A stretch of DNA of 55,846 bases from an uncultured bacterium (GCA_913009835.1 CAJVXH010000002.1:1-55846); one strand, 5' to 3'; positions 18,202-29,166 are shown, numbered from the stretch's first letter. The notes: generated by a model not told the origin, from the letters alone. Made by a program: numbers and translations.

Positions 18202-19772
18202 TCTTCCGAGTAATTCAATTCTTCAGGAATCTCACCAGCTTCAAACCGGGCGACATAGTAGCCGTCTATGATACCATCTTCGATCAATTGTTTCGCTATC
18301 GAATCCGCCTCTTCAACCGTCAGGTAATGGCCCACATGAACACGGTACCAGGTTCGATCGTTACGGGTACTGGTCACCAGGTAGGCGTCGAGGTCATGAT
18401 CTCGGAGGGTGCGGATCATGTCAACCGCCCGCGCACGTGTCGGCAAGGCAGAAACCTGCATGGTATATGGTAGCAGCGAACTCTCGGGTGATGCGATCTC
18501 TTCCGTATTGCCTGTTATCAGGCTGGCGAGGTCGAACACCTGGAATGCACCCGTCACCAGTGCGGCGGCAACGATAATTCCTGCCGTAAACCATATCCAC
18601 TGACGTGAAGGCTTTTCTGATGCGGCAGGTTGCAACAACTCCTCAGTTTCCAGGGGAGGATCACTTTCCTCACCGCCGTCGAAGGTGAACTGTATCAGAT
18701 CTTCGGGAATGTCAGGTGATTCGGAAGCAGCGACCTCTGCCCCACTTCCATCCTCGAACGTATCTGGGTGTGGAATATCAAAATCCGTCTGTTCGCTGTC
18801 TGAGAATGGTGCGAAGGTAGTCGTAGATACTTCTGGTGTGGTCGTAGATACTTCTGATGTGGTCGCAGATGTTTCCGGCGGCGTTTCCGTCTCCCTTTTC
18901 TCGTCAGCAGCCAGGGCGCGCAGGTTCGCAATCAGTTCAGGATCACTGCCGGTTGATTCCAGGGCGTCAGCAGTGCGTTGCATTTCGCTGATCAATTCAT
19001 GCGAAGGTGCGAGATGCACGAATGCGTCGATGTAAATGCGTCCAGCGAATTCATCGCGTCGAGTTGTGCTCAGGAAGCGACGTGTCAGTGGGGGCAATAA
19101 TACTGTTCGCAGCTCTTTTGTTTCTGAATACGCTGTCAACCAGGCATTTTCGAGAACGGTGAGCTGTTCGGGAGGATGATTGGTCAACTCCCGGGTCATG
19201 CTCTCCTTCGCCAGACGGATGGCCAGACCACTCTCGCCGGGTCGTTCCTTGAGCAATGCCATTCCCACTCGCCAGGCCGTTTCGGTCAGCGTCTCGCAGC
19301 CATTGAACGCCGCCCGTGTTTCATCCAGCAATGCCGGATTACTTCGTATATGTGGCCAAGCAAGGAGGTATATCTCCCACGCCCACTCTTCACGCACCTG
19401 CTTATGCAGCATCGTCGCCGACAAGCTGCGAATGAATACATTCACCCGTCTATCAGCAATCGGGGGAAGTGCTGAAATTCCTGAAAAGCTGCGTATCGCT
19501 CTTCGTACCGCACGTTCATTGTTGAATGGAATTTTCCTTGCCGAGTCAACTATCCGGCTCCACTGCCGCTTCCAGACTAACGATTGGATCCCGTCCACCA
19601 GCAGCACAGCCAGGCATAATCCGCCAATCATGGGTACGAACAGCATCGTGCTCGGTGACACAATCGGCAATTGGCTTCCCGGGTAGATCAGAAGCCATAT
19701 CCCGATCAGCCCGGCAAATCCGAACGACAATCCCAATGCAAGACGTAATACAATAGCCGAGATCCATCTCAT
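18198..19772 (-). CDS. SPOR-domain (peptidoglycan-binding) membrane protein
   Basis: C-terminal YTMQVSALPTRARAVDMIRTLRDHDLDAYLV...WYRVHVGHY is SPOR-like. N-terminal TM helices, and an acidic Pro/Thr/Glu-rich linker containing a short repeat. Confidence 0.75.
   Translation of the reverse strand: MRWISAIVLRLALGLSFGFAGLIGIWLLIYPGSQLPIVSPSTMLFVPMIGGLCLAVLLVDGIQSLVWKRQWSRIVDSARKIPFNNERAVRRAIRSFSGISALPPIADRRVNVFIRSLSATMLHKQVREEWAWEIYLLAWPHIRSNPALLDETRAAFNGCETLTETAWRVGMALLKERPGESGLAIRLAKESMTRELTNHPPEQLTVLENAWLTAYSETKELRTVLLPPLTRRFLSTTRRDEFAGRIYIDAFVHLAPSHELISEMQRTADALESTGSDPELIANLRALAADEKRETETPPETSATTSEVSTTTPEVSTTTFAPFSDSEQTDFDIPHPDTFEDGSGAEVAASESPDIPEDLIQFTFDGGEESDPPLETEELLQPAASEKPSRQWIWFTAGIIVAAALVTGAFQVFDLASLITGNTEEIASPESSLLPYTMQVSALPTRARAVDMIRTLRDHDLDAYLVTSTRNDRTWYRVHVGHYLTVEEADSIAKQLIEDGIIDGYYVARFEAGEIPEELNYSEE
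18820..18875. repeat. Short 21-bp tandem repeat inside the SPOR gene linker (TSEVSTTTPEVSTTT)
   Basis: gtcgtagatacttctg(g/a)tgtg at 18820 and 18841, with a diverged third copy. Confidence 0.7.
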
Positions 19773-21991
19773 TGGCGGACCTCCGGCCTGGTCACATCTT
19801 CTACCCTGATAGAATCCATCGGATCATTGACTAGTAGCGAATCGAAGGCATCCATTGAATCGTCATCCATGAACCTGAACGGCCCGATCTGCGGCACATA
19901 GAAAGGGGAGTCAATCCATCGAATCCCTACATACTGATCCCAGCTCTCCATGACGATGCCCAGCGAATCCCAATCGGCGATTCTGTCCATTGTCAGCAGA
20001 CGGTAGTCTGGTAAAACTGCTTCGGTGGGTATGGCGACCTTCAAACCTCCCGGTGATCCATTTGGCATAGGTTCGCCGGTATCAGGATCTATGGTCACGA
20101 AACGAATTCCGGGCGGAACGCTGAACTCGCGCGGCGGATCACCCTCAGTCGCCCGTTTCATGAACACCGTCCACAAGGGTAGCGCGCCGGTGGTGCCGGT
20201 GATACCTCGGCCGTTCTCATCACGCATGGGACGGTTGTCATCATATCCAACCCATGCGGAAGCTGTTAATCGTGGTGTGGCACCGAGGAACCAGGAATCG
20301 CGATAATCATTGGTTGTTCCGGTCTTCCCTATTGCGGGCAACTCGAAACCGAGACGCCGTACTGACCGTCCAGTTCCGGCCTCTATTACTCCCCGCATCA
20401 TATCAACCAGCAGGTACACATCATCCGGATTGAAAGTCTGGTCACGTTTCACTATATGTTCTTCGAGAACCCGTCCAAAGGGATCTTCCACACGTCGGAT
20501 CAGGTAGGGGTCAACCGTTTGCCCCATGTTGGCAATGCCTGCCCCGATTCCTGCCAGTTCTATGACATTAACCGATGTGGCCCCCAGGGCGATACTCAGG
20601 TTCGGTCGTTGTTCGGAATGGACATTGAAGCGGTAGAGCGTGTTGATCATTGCATCCGGTCCGACCGTAAGTATCAGCTTGGCGGCGACGGTGTTCAGCG
20701 ACCGCATGAGTGCTTCTTTCATGGGCATGGTACCGTAAAATTGCGGGCTGAAATTGCGTGGGCGCCAGTCCCGCGACCCGGCGATGGGGACGATCACCGA
20801 GGAATCTGTCACCATGGATGCGGGATGAAGGCCCAACCGTTCGATGGCTGTGAGGTACAGGGTGGGTTTGAGCACCGAACCCATATTGCGCGTTGACATG
20901 ATGGTCCGGTTGTACTGACTCTGCACCCAATCTCGTCCACCTACCAGGGCTCGGACGGCGCCTGTCGATGTTTCGATAGCGACCAACGCCCCTTGTGGAC
21001 GATACAGAGTGTCCCGTGCGGAGGCTTGCCATGGAGGCAATCCAATCCGCTCGTCCAGCATGGCCAGTCCTTCCTGCACAGACTTGACCGCATACTGTTG
21101 GAGAAGCGGATCGAGGGTAGTGTAGATCTTCAGACCGCCGTGATAGACGACCGTTTGCCCATAACGGTTTTCCAGATCATCCAGGATTGCGTCCAGGAAG
21201 TATGAGCCCTCGTCAGCATGGTCGTACAATGGACGATATACCAATTCCTCTGCCAGGGCTTGCTCAAGTTGATCTTCGGTGATCCAGCCAACTGTGAGCA
21301 TTCGAGACAGAACCCATTGTTGACGTTCACGCGCTCGCTCCGGATTTCGTAGCGGGTTGTATCGTGATGGACCTTGAGGCAATCCGGCTAGCAGGGTTGC
21401 TTCTGATAAAGTCAATTCTGAGGCGTGCTTGCCGAAATACACTCTTGCGGCTTCTTCAACCCCATATGCAAAGTTGCCGAAAGGTATTCCGTTGATATAG
21501 GCTTCGAGGATTTCGTCTTTGCTGAATCGTCGTTCGATTTCGAGCGTTGCCAGAATTTCCTTGAATTTTCGAGACCATGTTTTTTCAAATGAAAAGAAGA
21601 GATTCTTCGCGAGCTGCTGGCTGATGGTGCTACCACCGCGAGCGCTACTCCCGGATAACGCGGTCGCAGTTGCTCTTATCAATGCTGGTTTGTCAATTCC
21701 GGAATGGGAGTAGAATTCTTCATCCTCCACCGCCAGCACCGCCTGCCTGAAATAAGGGGTGACCCGTTCAATGGGTATCGAGCTACGACCACCAACCTGG
21801 GCGATGATCGATCCATCCGCGGCGAAGACTTCGGTGGGTGGCACGGATATCAGTTCATTGAGTTCGTCGGGCAGACGTGGTACATCAGGCAATACAATTG
21901 CGATCAGAACAATCAGGGACAGTGCTCCCACAACAAAAAGTGTGAGGAAACTGTATCCCAGGAAAGTCAGAAGGCGAAGGAACCGTTTCAC
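19769..21991 (-). CDS. mrcA: Class A penicillin-binding protein (PBP1A-type transglycosylase/transpeptidase)
   Basis: GT51 motif AVEDEEFYSHSGID, SxxK (GSVLKP) and KTG (GKTGTTND). N-terminal TM anchor. Confidence 0.92.
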   Translation of the reverse strand: MKRFLRLLTFLGYSFLTLFVVGALSLIVLIAIVLPDVPRLPDELNELISVPPTEVFAADGSIIAQVGGRSSIPIERVTPYFRQAVLAVEDEEFYSHSGIDKPALIRATATALSGSSARGGSTISQQLAKNLFFSFEKTWSRKFKEILATLEIERRFSKDEILEAYINGIPFGNFAYGVEEAARVYFGKHASELTLSEATLLAGLPQGPSRYNPLRNPERARERQQWVLSRMLTVGWITEDQLEQALAEELVYRPLYDHADEGSYFLDAILDDLENRYGQTVVYHGGLKIYTTLDPLLQQYAVKSVQEGLAMLDERIGLPPWQASARDTLYRPQGALVAIETSTGAVRALVGGRDWVQSQYNRTIMSTRNMGSVLKPTLYLTAIERLGLHPASMVTDSSVIVPIAGSRDWRPRNFSPQFYGTMPMKEALMRSLNTVAAKLILTVGPDAMINTLYRFNVHSEQRPNLSIALGATSVNVIELAGIGAGIANMGQTVDPYLIRRVEDPFGRVLEEHIVKRDQTFNPDDVYLLVDMMRGVIEAGTGRSVRRLGFELPAIGKTGTTNDYRDSWFLGATPRLTASAWVGYDDNRPMRDENGRGITGTTGALPLWTVFMKRATEGDPPREFSVPPGIRFVTIDPDTGEPMPNGSPGGLKVAIPTEAVLPDYRLLTMDRIADWDSLGIVMESWDQYVGIRWIDSPFYVPQIGPFRFMDDDSMDAFDSLLVNDPMDSIRVEDVTRPEVRQ

Positions 21992-22923
21992 AGGTCAAAC
22001 CCTCCGCCCAGCAGCTTTTTATGCACCACTTCAGCCAGCTCGCGTCCTGTATTCTCCGTTAACCAATATAGATAGACGAAGTGTTCATCACTCTGACGTA
22101 CCTCAAATCCGATTTCCCACAGACCATCCTCAGGACCGTCAGCCATCCCGATGAGCAACAGTTCACCTTCGAGACTGGTTATCCAGTGAATGTCATCGCT
22201 GTCAAGATCAACCGGTCCATCGGGTGAGAGCGAGCTGAAGAAGCTATCAATATCCAGCACCAGGGGAAAACGTCCGGGCAGTGCTTTCAATTCGGACTCG
22301 ATTGGATTGGACAGTGCGCTGTATCGTCCCAGGAAATCCCTGCTGATCGTGCCTTGTTGCAGCACCAGGTTGTCCCCACTGATCAGGTAGACCAGGTACT
22401 TGCTCTGCTCCTCGACGAAGAACACTCTTCTCCACTCACCGCTGGTGCGTGATCGGAGCAATTTGATGGGATCAATCACTTGCCCTTGAAGCGCGCTCGG
22501 GAGTTGACTGTAGAGGTCCAGGAATCTTTCCGGACTGATTGAAAATACCTGGAATGAATCGAGGATCGCCGGGATTTGTTCCCAGCTTTCGAGGATGGCG
22601 CTTGCGGCACGACGTTGGTTAGTTCGTTCTGCCAGATCGCTCAATGAACCGAGGGCTTCATTTCCCTCACGGTTGAGTTCCCAGCCTCTCCCAACCTCTT
22701 CTCGAAGGGTTTCCGACTCGAGCATGTAAGCCCCGAGCGCCACTTCGATGGGTGAATATGCCCATTCGACGACTGCTGCTGAGAGAATTACCAGGCTGAG
22801 CAGACTGGGCAGAATCCAGTTGATTCTGTATCCCCCAGCCCATCTGCGTGTAGATTCTATGAGTTCCCGGTCAGATTTCGGGATGGCGGCCACGGCACAT
22901 AGTCCTTCAGCTTGGTTCGCCAC
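21988..22923 (-). CDS. Hypothetical membrane-anchored protein
   Basis: 311-aa ORF with one N-terminal TM helix (INWILPSLLSLVILSAAVV). Translationally coupled to PBP1A (4-nt overlap). No recognisable motif. The annotated start overlaps the upstream gene by 67 nt, so the true start may lie further downstream. Confidence 0.55.
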   Translation of the reverse strand: MANQAEGLCAVAAIPKSDRELIESTRRWAGGYRINWILPSLLSLVILSAAVVEWAYSPIEVALGAYMLESETLREEVGRGWELNREGNEALGSLSDLAERTNQRRAASAILESWEQIPAILDSFQVFSISPERFLDLYSQLPSALQGQVIDPIKLLRSRTSGEWRRVFFVEEQSKYLVYLISGDNLVLQQGTISRDFLGRYSALSNPIESELKALPGRFPLVLDIDSFFSSLSPDGPVDLDSDDIHWITSLEGELLLIGMADGPEDGLWEIGFEVRQSDEHFVYLYWLTENTGRELAEVVHKKLLGGGFDL

Positions 22924-23786
22924 GCGCGTAGGTAGACGTTTGCTATACTTGGTCCTTCTTCAAGGTAGAGGAAGGTAGAGTAGAATGCCACAAACAAAGG
23001 AGTGAGGAGACGACGAGGAATGCGCATGCCCAACGGTGTCCATCGGCTGAAGAACAACTCTCCGGCCAATGTACGATATACAATTTTCAGCTTGCTCCGT
23101 CCACCACCGCTACTGATGGACAAACGATGCACCAGGACCGCGTTCGGGGTAATGACCAGCCGCTTTCCGCTGCGCAACACTCTGGTTGACCAGTCCACAT
23201 CTTCCGTATACATCCCATAGCTGGGATCGAGCAGACCTGTCGAACGCCAGGCCCATGCCGGGCTCAGCCAACAACACCCGGTAACGAAATCGATGTCACG
23301 AGGAGATTTTCGTACTACCTCAAGTATTCTCCCCTGCGACAGGTGTCTGGTCCAGGAAATTGGATATAGCAACTGGCCACCACCGAACCAGATGCGATCC
23401 TCCGGATCATCAAAGAGGATGATTGGACTTACGGCGGCGATTGTCAGGCGTTTGTCATTCTTCAAAAACTCCGCGAGATGATCTATCATCCCAATTCGGA
23501 CACGGACGTCCGGATTAATTGGTCCGACAAATTGATAGCCTTCTTCGAGCGCTGCTCGGATACCAATGTTCGTTGCTTCGGCGAAAGGTTTGTTGTCGGG
23601 GTGGGATATATAGCGGATCTTATCCGAAAGAGCAGCCGCGATTGGTCCGGAACCGTCCGCGCTGCCATTGTCAACGAGGAATACGCAATCCTCATCACTC
23701 ATATCGAGCAACAGTGATTTCATTGAGGCGACGAGTTCTTCACCGCCATTGTGATTGACCATTACAAATGCTGCCCGCCGACTCAT
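22857..23786 (-). CDS. Family 2 glycosyltransferase
   Basis: FVMVNHNGGEEL and LVDNGSADGS are GT-A/GT2 hallmarks. Start at MSRR (23786) forms an ATGA overlap with the upstream stop. Confidence 0.8.
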   Translation of the reverse strand: MSRRAAFVMVNHNGGEELVASMKSLLLDMSDEDCVFLVDNGSADGSGPIAAALSDKIRYISHPDNKPFAEATNIGIRAALEEGYQFVGPINPDVRVRIGMIDHLAEFLKNDKRLTIAAVSPIILFDDPEDRIWFGGGQLLYPISWTRHLSQGRILEVVRKSPRDIDFVTGCCWLSPAWAWRSTGLLDPSYGMYTEDVDWSTRVLRSGKRLVITPNAVLVHRLSISSGGGRSKLKIVYRTLAGELFFSRWTPLGMRIPRRLLTPLFVAFYSTFLYLEEGPSIANVYLRAWRTKLKDYVPWPPSRNLTGNS

Positions 23787-24916
23787 ACCGTCTCCATGAT
23801 CCGATTCACTAGAGAGTCCCACGAATATTGTTTTAATGTACGATTTGAAACTGCCTCTCTTCTTTGACGCCAGTCACTTGGGGAAGGTTTAGTGAATCTA
23901 GTAATTGCATCAGCAAGACTGTCAATGTCCCCGGCTTGGGCCAGGATTCCGTTCTCGCCTTCCTTCACAAGGTCCGCCAGAGCTCCGGTCCCGCTGGCAA
24001 TAATCGGGCATCCACCAGCTAGAGCAGCCATCGCTACACCGCTCTGAGTTGCGTGACGGTAAGGGAGCACCACCGCATCAGCAGCTAAAATCCGATCGGC
24101 CATCTCCTCATCGTTCAGATAACGATCTTCTATCCTGACCCTATCCCCCAGATGAAGCTCCTTATGTAGCAGATGGTAGGCTTCAGGCTTATCGTAGAAC
24201 TCACCGATTATATCGAGTCGATAATCAAAGGTCAGCTTGGCAGCAGCCTGAAGCAGAATGTCCACCCCTTTGTACTCCCGTACCAGCCCCAGATGCACGA
24301 AGTATGGAATATCCGTGGGAATGGTCAGTCTTCTGCGTGCTTCCAGATGCCGATCCAATGCAGACTGGTCTGAGTGCCCGGTGAAGAATCTATCATATGC
24401 GGGATGTGGAACCACCTCGCCTTTACACTCCGGCAGCAGAGCGTTCAATTGAACCAGTTGTTCACTGGCACCGACGATCACCTTGTCAGCCTCACGGAAC
24501 AGCAGTGGATTAAGAAATTTTCCCAGGCCAGCGTTTTCATGGGGAAGCACATTGTGAGCGATAACCGTGGTTCGCTGGGCATTTGAGTGCGTGGCCAGAT
24601 AGCGCAGACAAGGCACGAAAAATGGATGCCAGTGCTCAAAAATTATATGGGTCGCGCCATGCTGGCGAATCCTTGCGTCTGCACTCTTCCAGCTGAGAGG
24701 ATTCCAGGCCGTGAGCGTGGTCAGGGAACCGTCTGGGGCATTTGTGGATTGGTCAAATTGGCTGCTACCGGGAAACATGAATGATGGATACAGAACACGG
24801 TAGCTGACTGGTAGAACGTCATGACCTTGCTTCCGAAGAGCCAACAGGAGGGAGTTGTTATACTGAGAGATTCCGCCACGGAGCGGCGGTAACGGCCCAA
24901 TGAGTTCCACCTTCAT
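23783..24916 (-). CDS. Family 4 (GT-B) glycosyltransferase
   Basis: GT1/GT4-like C-terminal domain (VREYKGVDILL ... LPYRHATQSGV). Start at MKVELIG (24916) forms an ATGA overlap; the longer ORF to 25096 overlaps the upstream gene. Confidence 0.8.
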   Translation of the reverse strand: MKVELIGPLPPLRGGISQYNNSLLLALRKQGHDVLPVSYRVLYPSFMFPGSSQFDQSTNAPDGSLTTLTAWNPLSWKSADARIRQHGATHIIFEHWHPFFVPCLRYLATHSNAQRTTVIAHNVLPHENAGLGKFLNPLLFREADKVIVGASEQLVQLNALLPECKGEVVPHPAYDRFFTGHSDQSALDRHLEARRRLTIPTDIPYFVHLGLVREYKGVDILLQAAAKLTFDYRLDIIGEFYDKPEAYHLLHKELHLGDRVRIEDRYLNDEEMADRILAADAVVLPYRHATQSGVAMAALAGGCPIIASGTGALADLVKEGENGILAQAGDIDSLADAITRFTKPSPSDWRQRREAVSNRTLKQYSWDSLVNRIMETV

Positions 24917-25911
24917 CGCGATTGGTTCGCACGCTGAGTAATCCTTTGCAGACGCTGCACTCGCTCCGTTTTTTGCCTCATGTGATTGATTTGCTCGCCG
25001 ATGAGGCCCATAGAAAAGAACTGCACCCCCACAATGATCAAAAGAATTCCCAGGAAGAACAATGGTCGGTCGCCAATTGGCTGCCCCATCCACCACTGCA
25101 CACTCATCACTGCCAGAATACCGAATCCTGAGAATCCGAATATCAATCCAACTGCTCCGAACAAGTGCATGGGACTTGTCGAGTAGCGAACCAGGAACAG
25201 CACGGTCAGCAGGTCAAAGAATCCGGACATGAAACGGGAGATGCCGAATTTGGTTCTACCCCATCTTCTCGGATGGTGCTGAACAACCAATTCACCAACA
25301 ACCCAGCCCTGGTTCTTGGCCAGAATTGGGATGAAGCGATGCAATTCGCCATACAGTTCTATGGTTTGCACGACTTCATTGCGATATATCTTCAGCCCAC
25401 AGTTGAAATCGTGAATCTTAATTCCGCTGGTTGCACGAGCCACGCCGTTGAAGAAGCGGGAGGGTAGGGTTTTTGATAGGGGATCGTTACGTTTCTTCTT
25501 CCAACCACTGATCATATCGTAGCCATCTTCCAGTCGGGCGATCAGGTTGGGAATTTCGTTGGGATCATCCTGTAGGTCGGCATCCATGGTAACAACAAAA
25601 ACACCTCGAGCTAGTTGAAAACCGGCCGCCAGCGCGGCGGACTTGCCCCGATTGCGTCGGAAATGGATGATGTTTACTCTTTGATCAGATTCTGTGAAAC
25701 TCTTGAGGATATCGTCGCTTCCATCCCGGCTGCCATCATTGATAAAGATGATTTCGGCGGATAACGATTCCCTCTCCAGCACCTCATCCAGTGCTTCCTT
25801 GAGATGTGGGAGCGACTCCACTTCATTGTATAAGGGGATGACGATGCTTACAGTCGGTCGGTTCTCGTCTATCCGCCCGTCAACCTCAGCTGGAAGTGAT
25901 TCTCCGTCCAT
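24913..25911 (-). CDS. Polyprenyl-phosphate glycosyltransferase (GT2, DPM1/GtrB/ArnC-like) with C-terminal TM helices
   Basis: VSIVIPLYNE, INDGSRDGS, MDADLQDDP, and two C-terminal TM segments. Confidence 0.85.
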   Translation of the reverse strand: MDGESLPAEVDGRIDENRPTVSIVIPLYNEVESLPHLKEALDEVLERESLSAEIIFINDGSRDGSDDILKSFTESDQRVNIIHFRRNRGKSAALAAGFQLARGVFVVTMDADLQDDPNEIPNLIARLEDGYDMISGWKKKRNDPLSKTLPSRFFNGVARATSGIKIHDFNCGLKIYRNEVVQTIELYGELHRFIPILAKNQGWVVGELVVQHHPRRWGRTKFGISRFMSGFFDLLTVLFLVRYSTSPMHLFGAVGLIFGFSGFGILAVMSVQWWMGQPIGDRPLFFLGILLIIVGVQFFSMGLIGEQINHMRQKTERVQRLQRITQRANQSR

Positions 25912-26648
25912 TCCGGATTCAACTCCAAGGTCTCGAAGTGCACGTTCAAGGTAGTCGGATACAATCCCCCACTCTCGACATATATATCATATGACAGGGG
26001 GATGTTGTCAATCCTGACCGTTTCCTTGTACCGCTTGAACAACGACAGATTGCCTGTGCTTGAATCGAACCATCGCTCTTCGTTTACCCAACTCTTGACA
26101 GGATTATAAAGAATCTGGTGCTCCAGATTCGTCTCTGCAACCCGCCATTGCCACAAGGAGTCAGGAGTGGTTATTTCAAAAGACACCGTGGGATCGTCTC
26201 TGTCGAACTGCTCAACAGGGCGCGCCATTGGTTCAAAGATACGCAATAAATCTTCTGCTGGAAGGGGAATTCCGGTGGCTTCGTGCAGATCAAACTCCTC
26301 TATCTTCCCCTGCTCAAATTGGCCGGTAGCGAAAGACGCTTCATAATAGCCATCCGCAATAGTGATCTCCCCGATGGGGATTCCGAATGGGGCTTTCAGT
26401 TTCAGATAGAGCCTGTTTGGGAACTCCAGGTACACTGAACCGAACAGAGATCCACTGAACTCTCTGTTTTGCACACTCAAGGTAAGTGTGCCTTCGATCC
26501 GCTCCATCTCCTCCCACGCCAGGGTAAGCTGATGATTGAGTAGTTCGGGCGAGGCCGCTCCTCTGGTATAATTGAGGTTCCTTCCCGCGCAGCCCAACAG
26601 GAGAAGGAGTATTCCGATCAATAGAGCATGAGTTGCGATACGCGTCAT
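25869..26648 (-). CDS. Hypothetical lipoprotein (possibly LolB-fold/DUF4292-like; tentative)
   Basis: Signal peptide with lipobox LLLLLGCAG. Sits next to a TPR lipoprotein, as DUF4292 genes often do. Family assignment is from memory only. Confidence 0.5.
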   Translation of the reverse strand: MTRIATHALLIGILLLLLGCAGRNLNYTRGAASPELLNHQLTLAWEEMERIEGTLTLSVQNREFSGSLFGSVYLEFPNRLYLKLKAPFGIPIGEITIADGYYEASFATGQFEQGKIEEFDLHEATGIPLPAEDLLRIFEPMARPVEQFDRDDPTVSFEITTPDSLWQWRVAETNLEHQILYNPVKSWVNEERWFDSSTGNLSLFKRYKETVRIDNIPLSYDIYVESGGLYPTTLNVHFETLELNPEWTENHFQLRLTGG

Positions 26649-26651
26649 CTA

Positions 26652-28079
26652 TTATTCTTCCATCTTCCGACTGATTGCCGTTTCGTCACCCCCGGCTTCC
26701 AACGACATTCTCCACATCTCCAGCGCGCGTTCTTTCATGCCCATCGCAGAGTACAGATCACCCAGATGGTCGAGGATTTCAGAATGATCCGGGTCAAGTT
26801 CTGATGCGCGTTCGAGGTAGGTCTGCGCCTCGCTGTATCGTTCCAACCGGAAAAGAATCCAGCCCTTGGTATCCAGGAAACTGGGATTGTCCGGTTCGAT
26901 GGAGATGGCATCTTCGCTAAGCTCCAGCGCATGATCCAAATCTTCACCCTGTACCGCCAACAGATACGCGTAATTGTTCAATACCTGCGGATCGCCCGGA
27001 GATAACTCCATGGCTTTCTCATACTGTTCACCTGCTTCCGACCAACGTTCCATATCATGATATAAGAAGCCGAGATTCAGATAGTGCTCAGCGTTCTGGG
27101 GCTCAATCTGCACCGCTCGTTTCAAGGCAGACTCAGCTTTTTCATTCAACCCCTTGATAATGAACACCGATGCCGCCAGGGCATGAATGGGAGCGTCAGC
27201 GGGGTTGTAGCTCATCGCACTGTCTGATAATTCAATGGCGCGGTCCACATGTCCCTGAACCACTTCAAGTCGAATCCACATATCCCAGTATCGTGGTTCG
27301 ATGGGACGCATTTTTGTTGCGCTCGCTATGCTCTCAACTGCTCGAGTTGTGTCGCCCATATCCAGGAATAAACCGCCTATGAAAAACGGGATGCGGTCCT
27401 CGCCTGGGCGCAGTTCCTGCAACTTTTCGTATACTTCTACAGCTTCCTCAAACCTTTTTAGCGAGCTAAGCAGTGACACCTTGCGCATCAGGATCGGCTC
27501 AGTGTCAATCTCATCGAGCTCAAGCAGCTCGTCATAGATCTCGAGTGCGGATTCGATTTGACCCGAACGTTCGAGTGACATCGCAAGATTCTGCAACGCT
27601 GCCAGATCATCCGGCTCCATCTCTATCAACTGAGCGAAGGTCTGGGCTGCTTCCTCGAATTTTCGTTGTTGGAGCTGAATCTCACCGAGGTGGGAGAGCA
27701 AAGAAGGATCATGATTGACCCTCACACCCTTTTTCAGGATGAGCATTGCACTCTCAAGATCGCCGAGCTGGGTGTGCATCTGTGCGGCGGCATGGTATAG
27801 TTCGGTGCTGGTGCTGTCACGCATTAGCCCACGATCGTACTCGCGCAATGCGAGCATGAACTCACCCTGGGCTTCATAAACAGCGCCAGCAATAGCATAG
27901 TCCTGTACCACTGGAGAGGGCGTCTTGGCTGCTACACTCTCTGGTGTATCCGCGCTCTCAGTCCGCAGTTGTTCTGAACCTGCGCATCCCATTAACAGAA
28001 GTGCGAGCAGGAGGAACAATGATTTCAATTGATTAGTCAACGAAAAACCGTAAGATATCATGATAGGTGACGACCACAA
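26652..28079 (-). CDS. TPR-repeat lipoprotein
   Basis: Lipobox LLLMGCAG followed by about 10 TPR-like repeats. The true start may be TTG at 28028 (just after the rseP stop), giving a clean signal peptide. Confidence 0.8.
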   Translation of the reverse strand: MWSSPIMISYGFSLTNQLKSLFLLLALLLMGCAGSEQLRTESADTPESVAAKTPSPVVQDYAIAGAVYEAQGEFMLALREYDRGLMRDSTSTELYHAAAQMHTQLGDLESAMLILKKGVRVNHDPSLLSHLGEIQLQQRKFEEAAQTFAQLIEMEPDDLAALQNLAMSLERSGQIESALEIYDELLELDEIDTEPILMRKVSLLSSLKRFEEAVEVYEKLQELRPGEDRIPFFIGGLFLDMGDTTRAVESIASATKMRPIEPRYWDMWIRLEVVQGHVDRAIELSDSAMSYNPADAPIHALAASVFIIKGLNEKAESALKRAVQIEPQNAEHYLNLGFLYHDMERWSEAGEQYEKAMELSPGDPQVLNNYAYLLAVQGEDLDHALELSEDAISIEPDNPSFLDTKGWILFRLERYSEAQTYLERASELDPDHSEILDHLGDLYSAMGMKERALEMWRMSLEAGGDETAISRKMEE

Positions 28080-29097
28080 CCAATCCCAGCAGAAGCGCCA
28101 TACCCACGTTCTGTAGAACGATTTTCACTTTGGAAGATATGGTCTTGCCAGTGATCCCTTCGATGATGATATAGACGAGGTGACCACCATCAAGCACCGG
28201 GAAGGGTAAAATGTTCAACAGACCGATACTGAGACTGATCAGGGCAATGAAACCGAGGAAGGTCGCCCATCCGGCACGCGCGGTCTCGCCGCTTAGATAA
28301 ACAATCCCTGCCGGTCCTGTCAGATCCTTTACGCTCGCATCGCCCGAGAACAGCATCTGAATCGACTTCAGACTGAGCCCAAGAACAGCGCCAGTCATCC
28401 GAGCTCCGAGCACCACACCCTCACCTATACCAACCGGCTCACGTGTGAATGTTGGACCAACACCAACCATCCCAACATCGCGGGCACCATCATCATCCAT
28501 TATTGCTTGAGTCTTGGTGGTCATCGTCGCCGAGAGGGTATCGGTGCCACTCACCCAGGCAATGTTAACTTCTTCGGATGGTTTGGAATGAACGATAACT
28601 CTGAAATCTTCCCAGCTATCAATGGCAGTGTCGTCCACCCTGATGATTACATCACCAGCTACAATGCCTGCATCCTGCGCGGGGAAGCCCTGTGTAACAC
28701 TTCCGATGGTCGGGCTTGGATCGATAATGGGCTCACCCTCAACCCAGGCAATCGCAGTATAAATGATGAAGCCGAGGAGAAAATTCATCAACACCCCGGC
28801 GGTAATCACGAAGGCTTTCTGAAATGCGTTTTTGGATTGAAATTCCCAGGGCTTGCCGGAGATATCGTCATCTCCGAACTCGTCGATCATTCCAGAGATT
28901 TTGACGTATCCACCGAGCGGAACATAGCCGAGACGGTATTCCGTATCCCCTCGCTTGATACCGAACATCTTCACGAACCCGAGTGAAAAGGCCTCCACTC
29001 GCATTCCAGTAGCTCTTGCAGCGAAAAAGTGGCCGGCTTCATGGACAAAAATGACCACACCCAATACGACAATGAAGGCGAAGAACGTTAGCAGCAT
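28033..29097 (-). CDS. rseP: Site-2 (M50) regulated intramembrane metalloprotease RseP
   Basis: HEAGHFFAA (HExxH in TM1), a PDZ segment, and the NILPFPVLDGGH motif. Confidence 0.92.
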   Translation of the reverse strand: MLLTFFAFIVVLGVVIFVHEAGHFFAARATGMRVEAFSLGFVKMFGIKRGDTEYRLGYVPLGGYVKISGMIDEFGDDDISGKPWEFQSKNAFQKAFVITAGVLMNFLLGFIIYTAIAWVEGEPIIDPSPTIGSVTQGFPAQDAGIVAGDVIIRVDDTAIDSWEDFRVIVHSKPSEEVNIAWVSGTDTLSATMTTKTQAIMDDDGARDVGMVGVGPTFTREPVGIGEGVVLGARMTGAVLGLSLKSIQMLFSGDASVKDLTGPAGIVYLSGETARAGWATFLGFIALISLSIGLLNILPFPVLDGGHLVYIIIEGITGKTISSKVKIVLQNVGMALLLGLVVVVTYHDILRFFVD

Positions 29098-29166
29098 ATC
29101 ATATCCGTTTACACATTATCACTTTATGGTCGCATCCGCGACAAGCTGGAAGGTAATGAAAAGTAA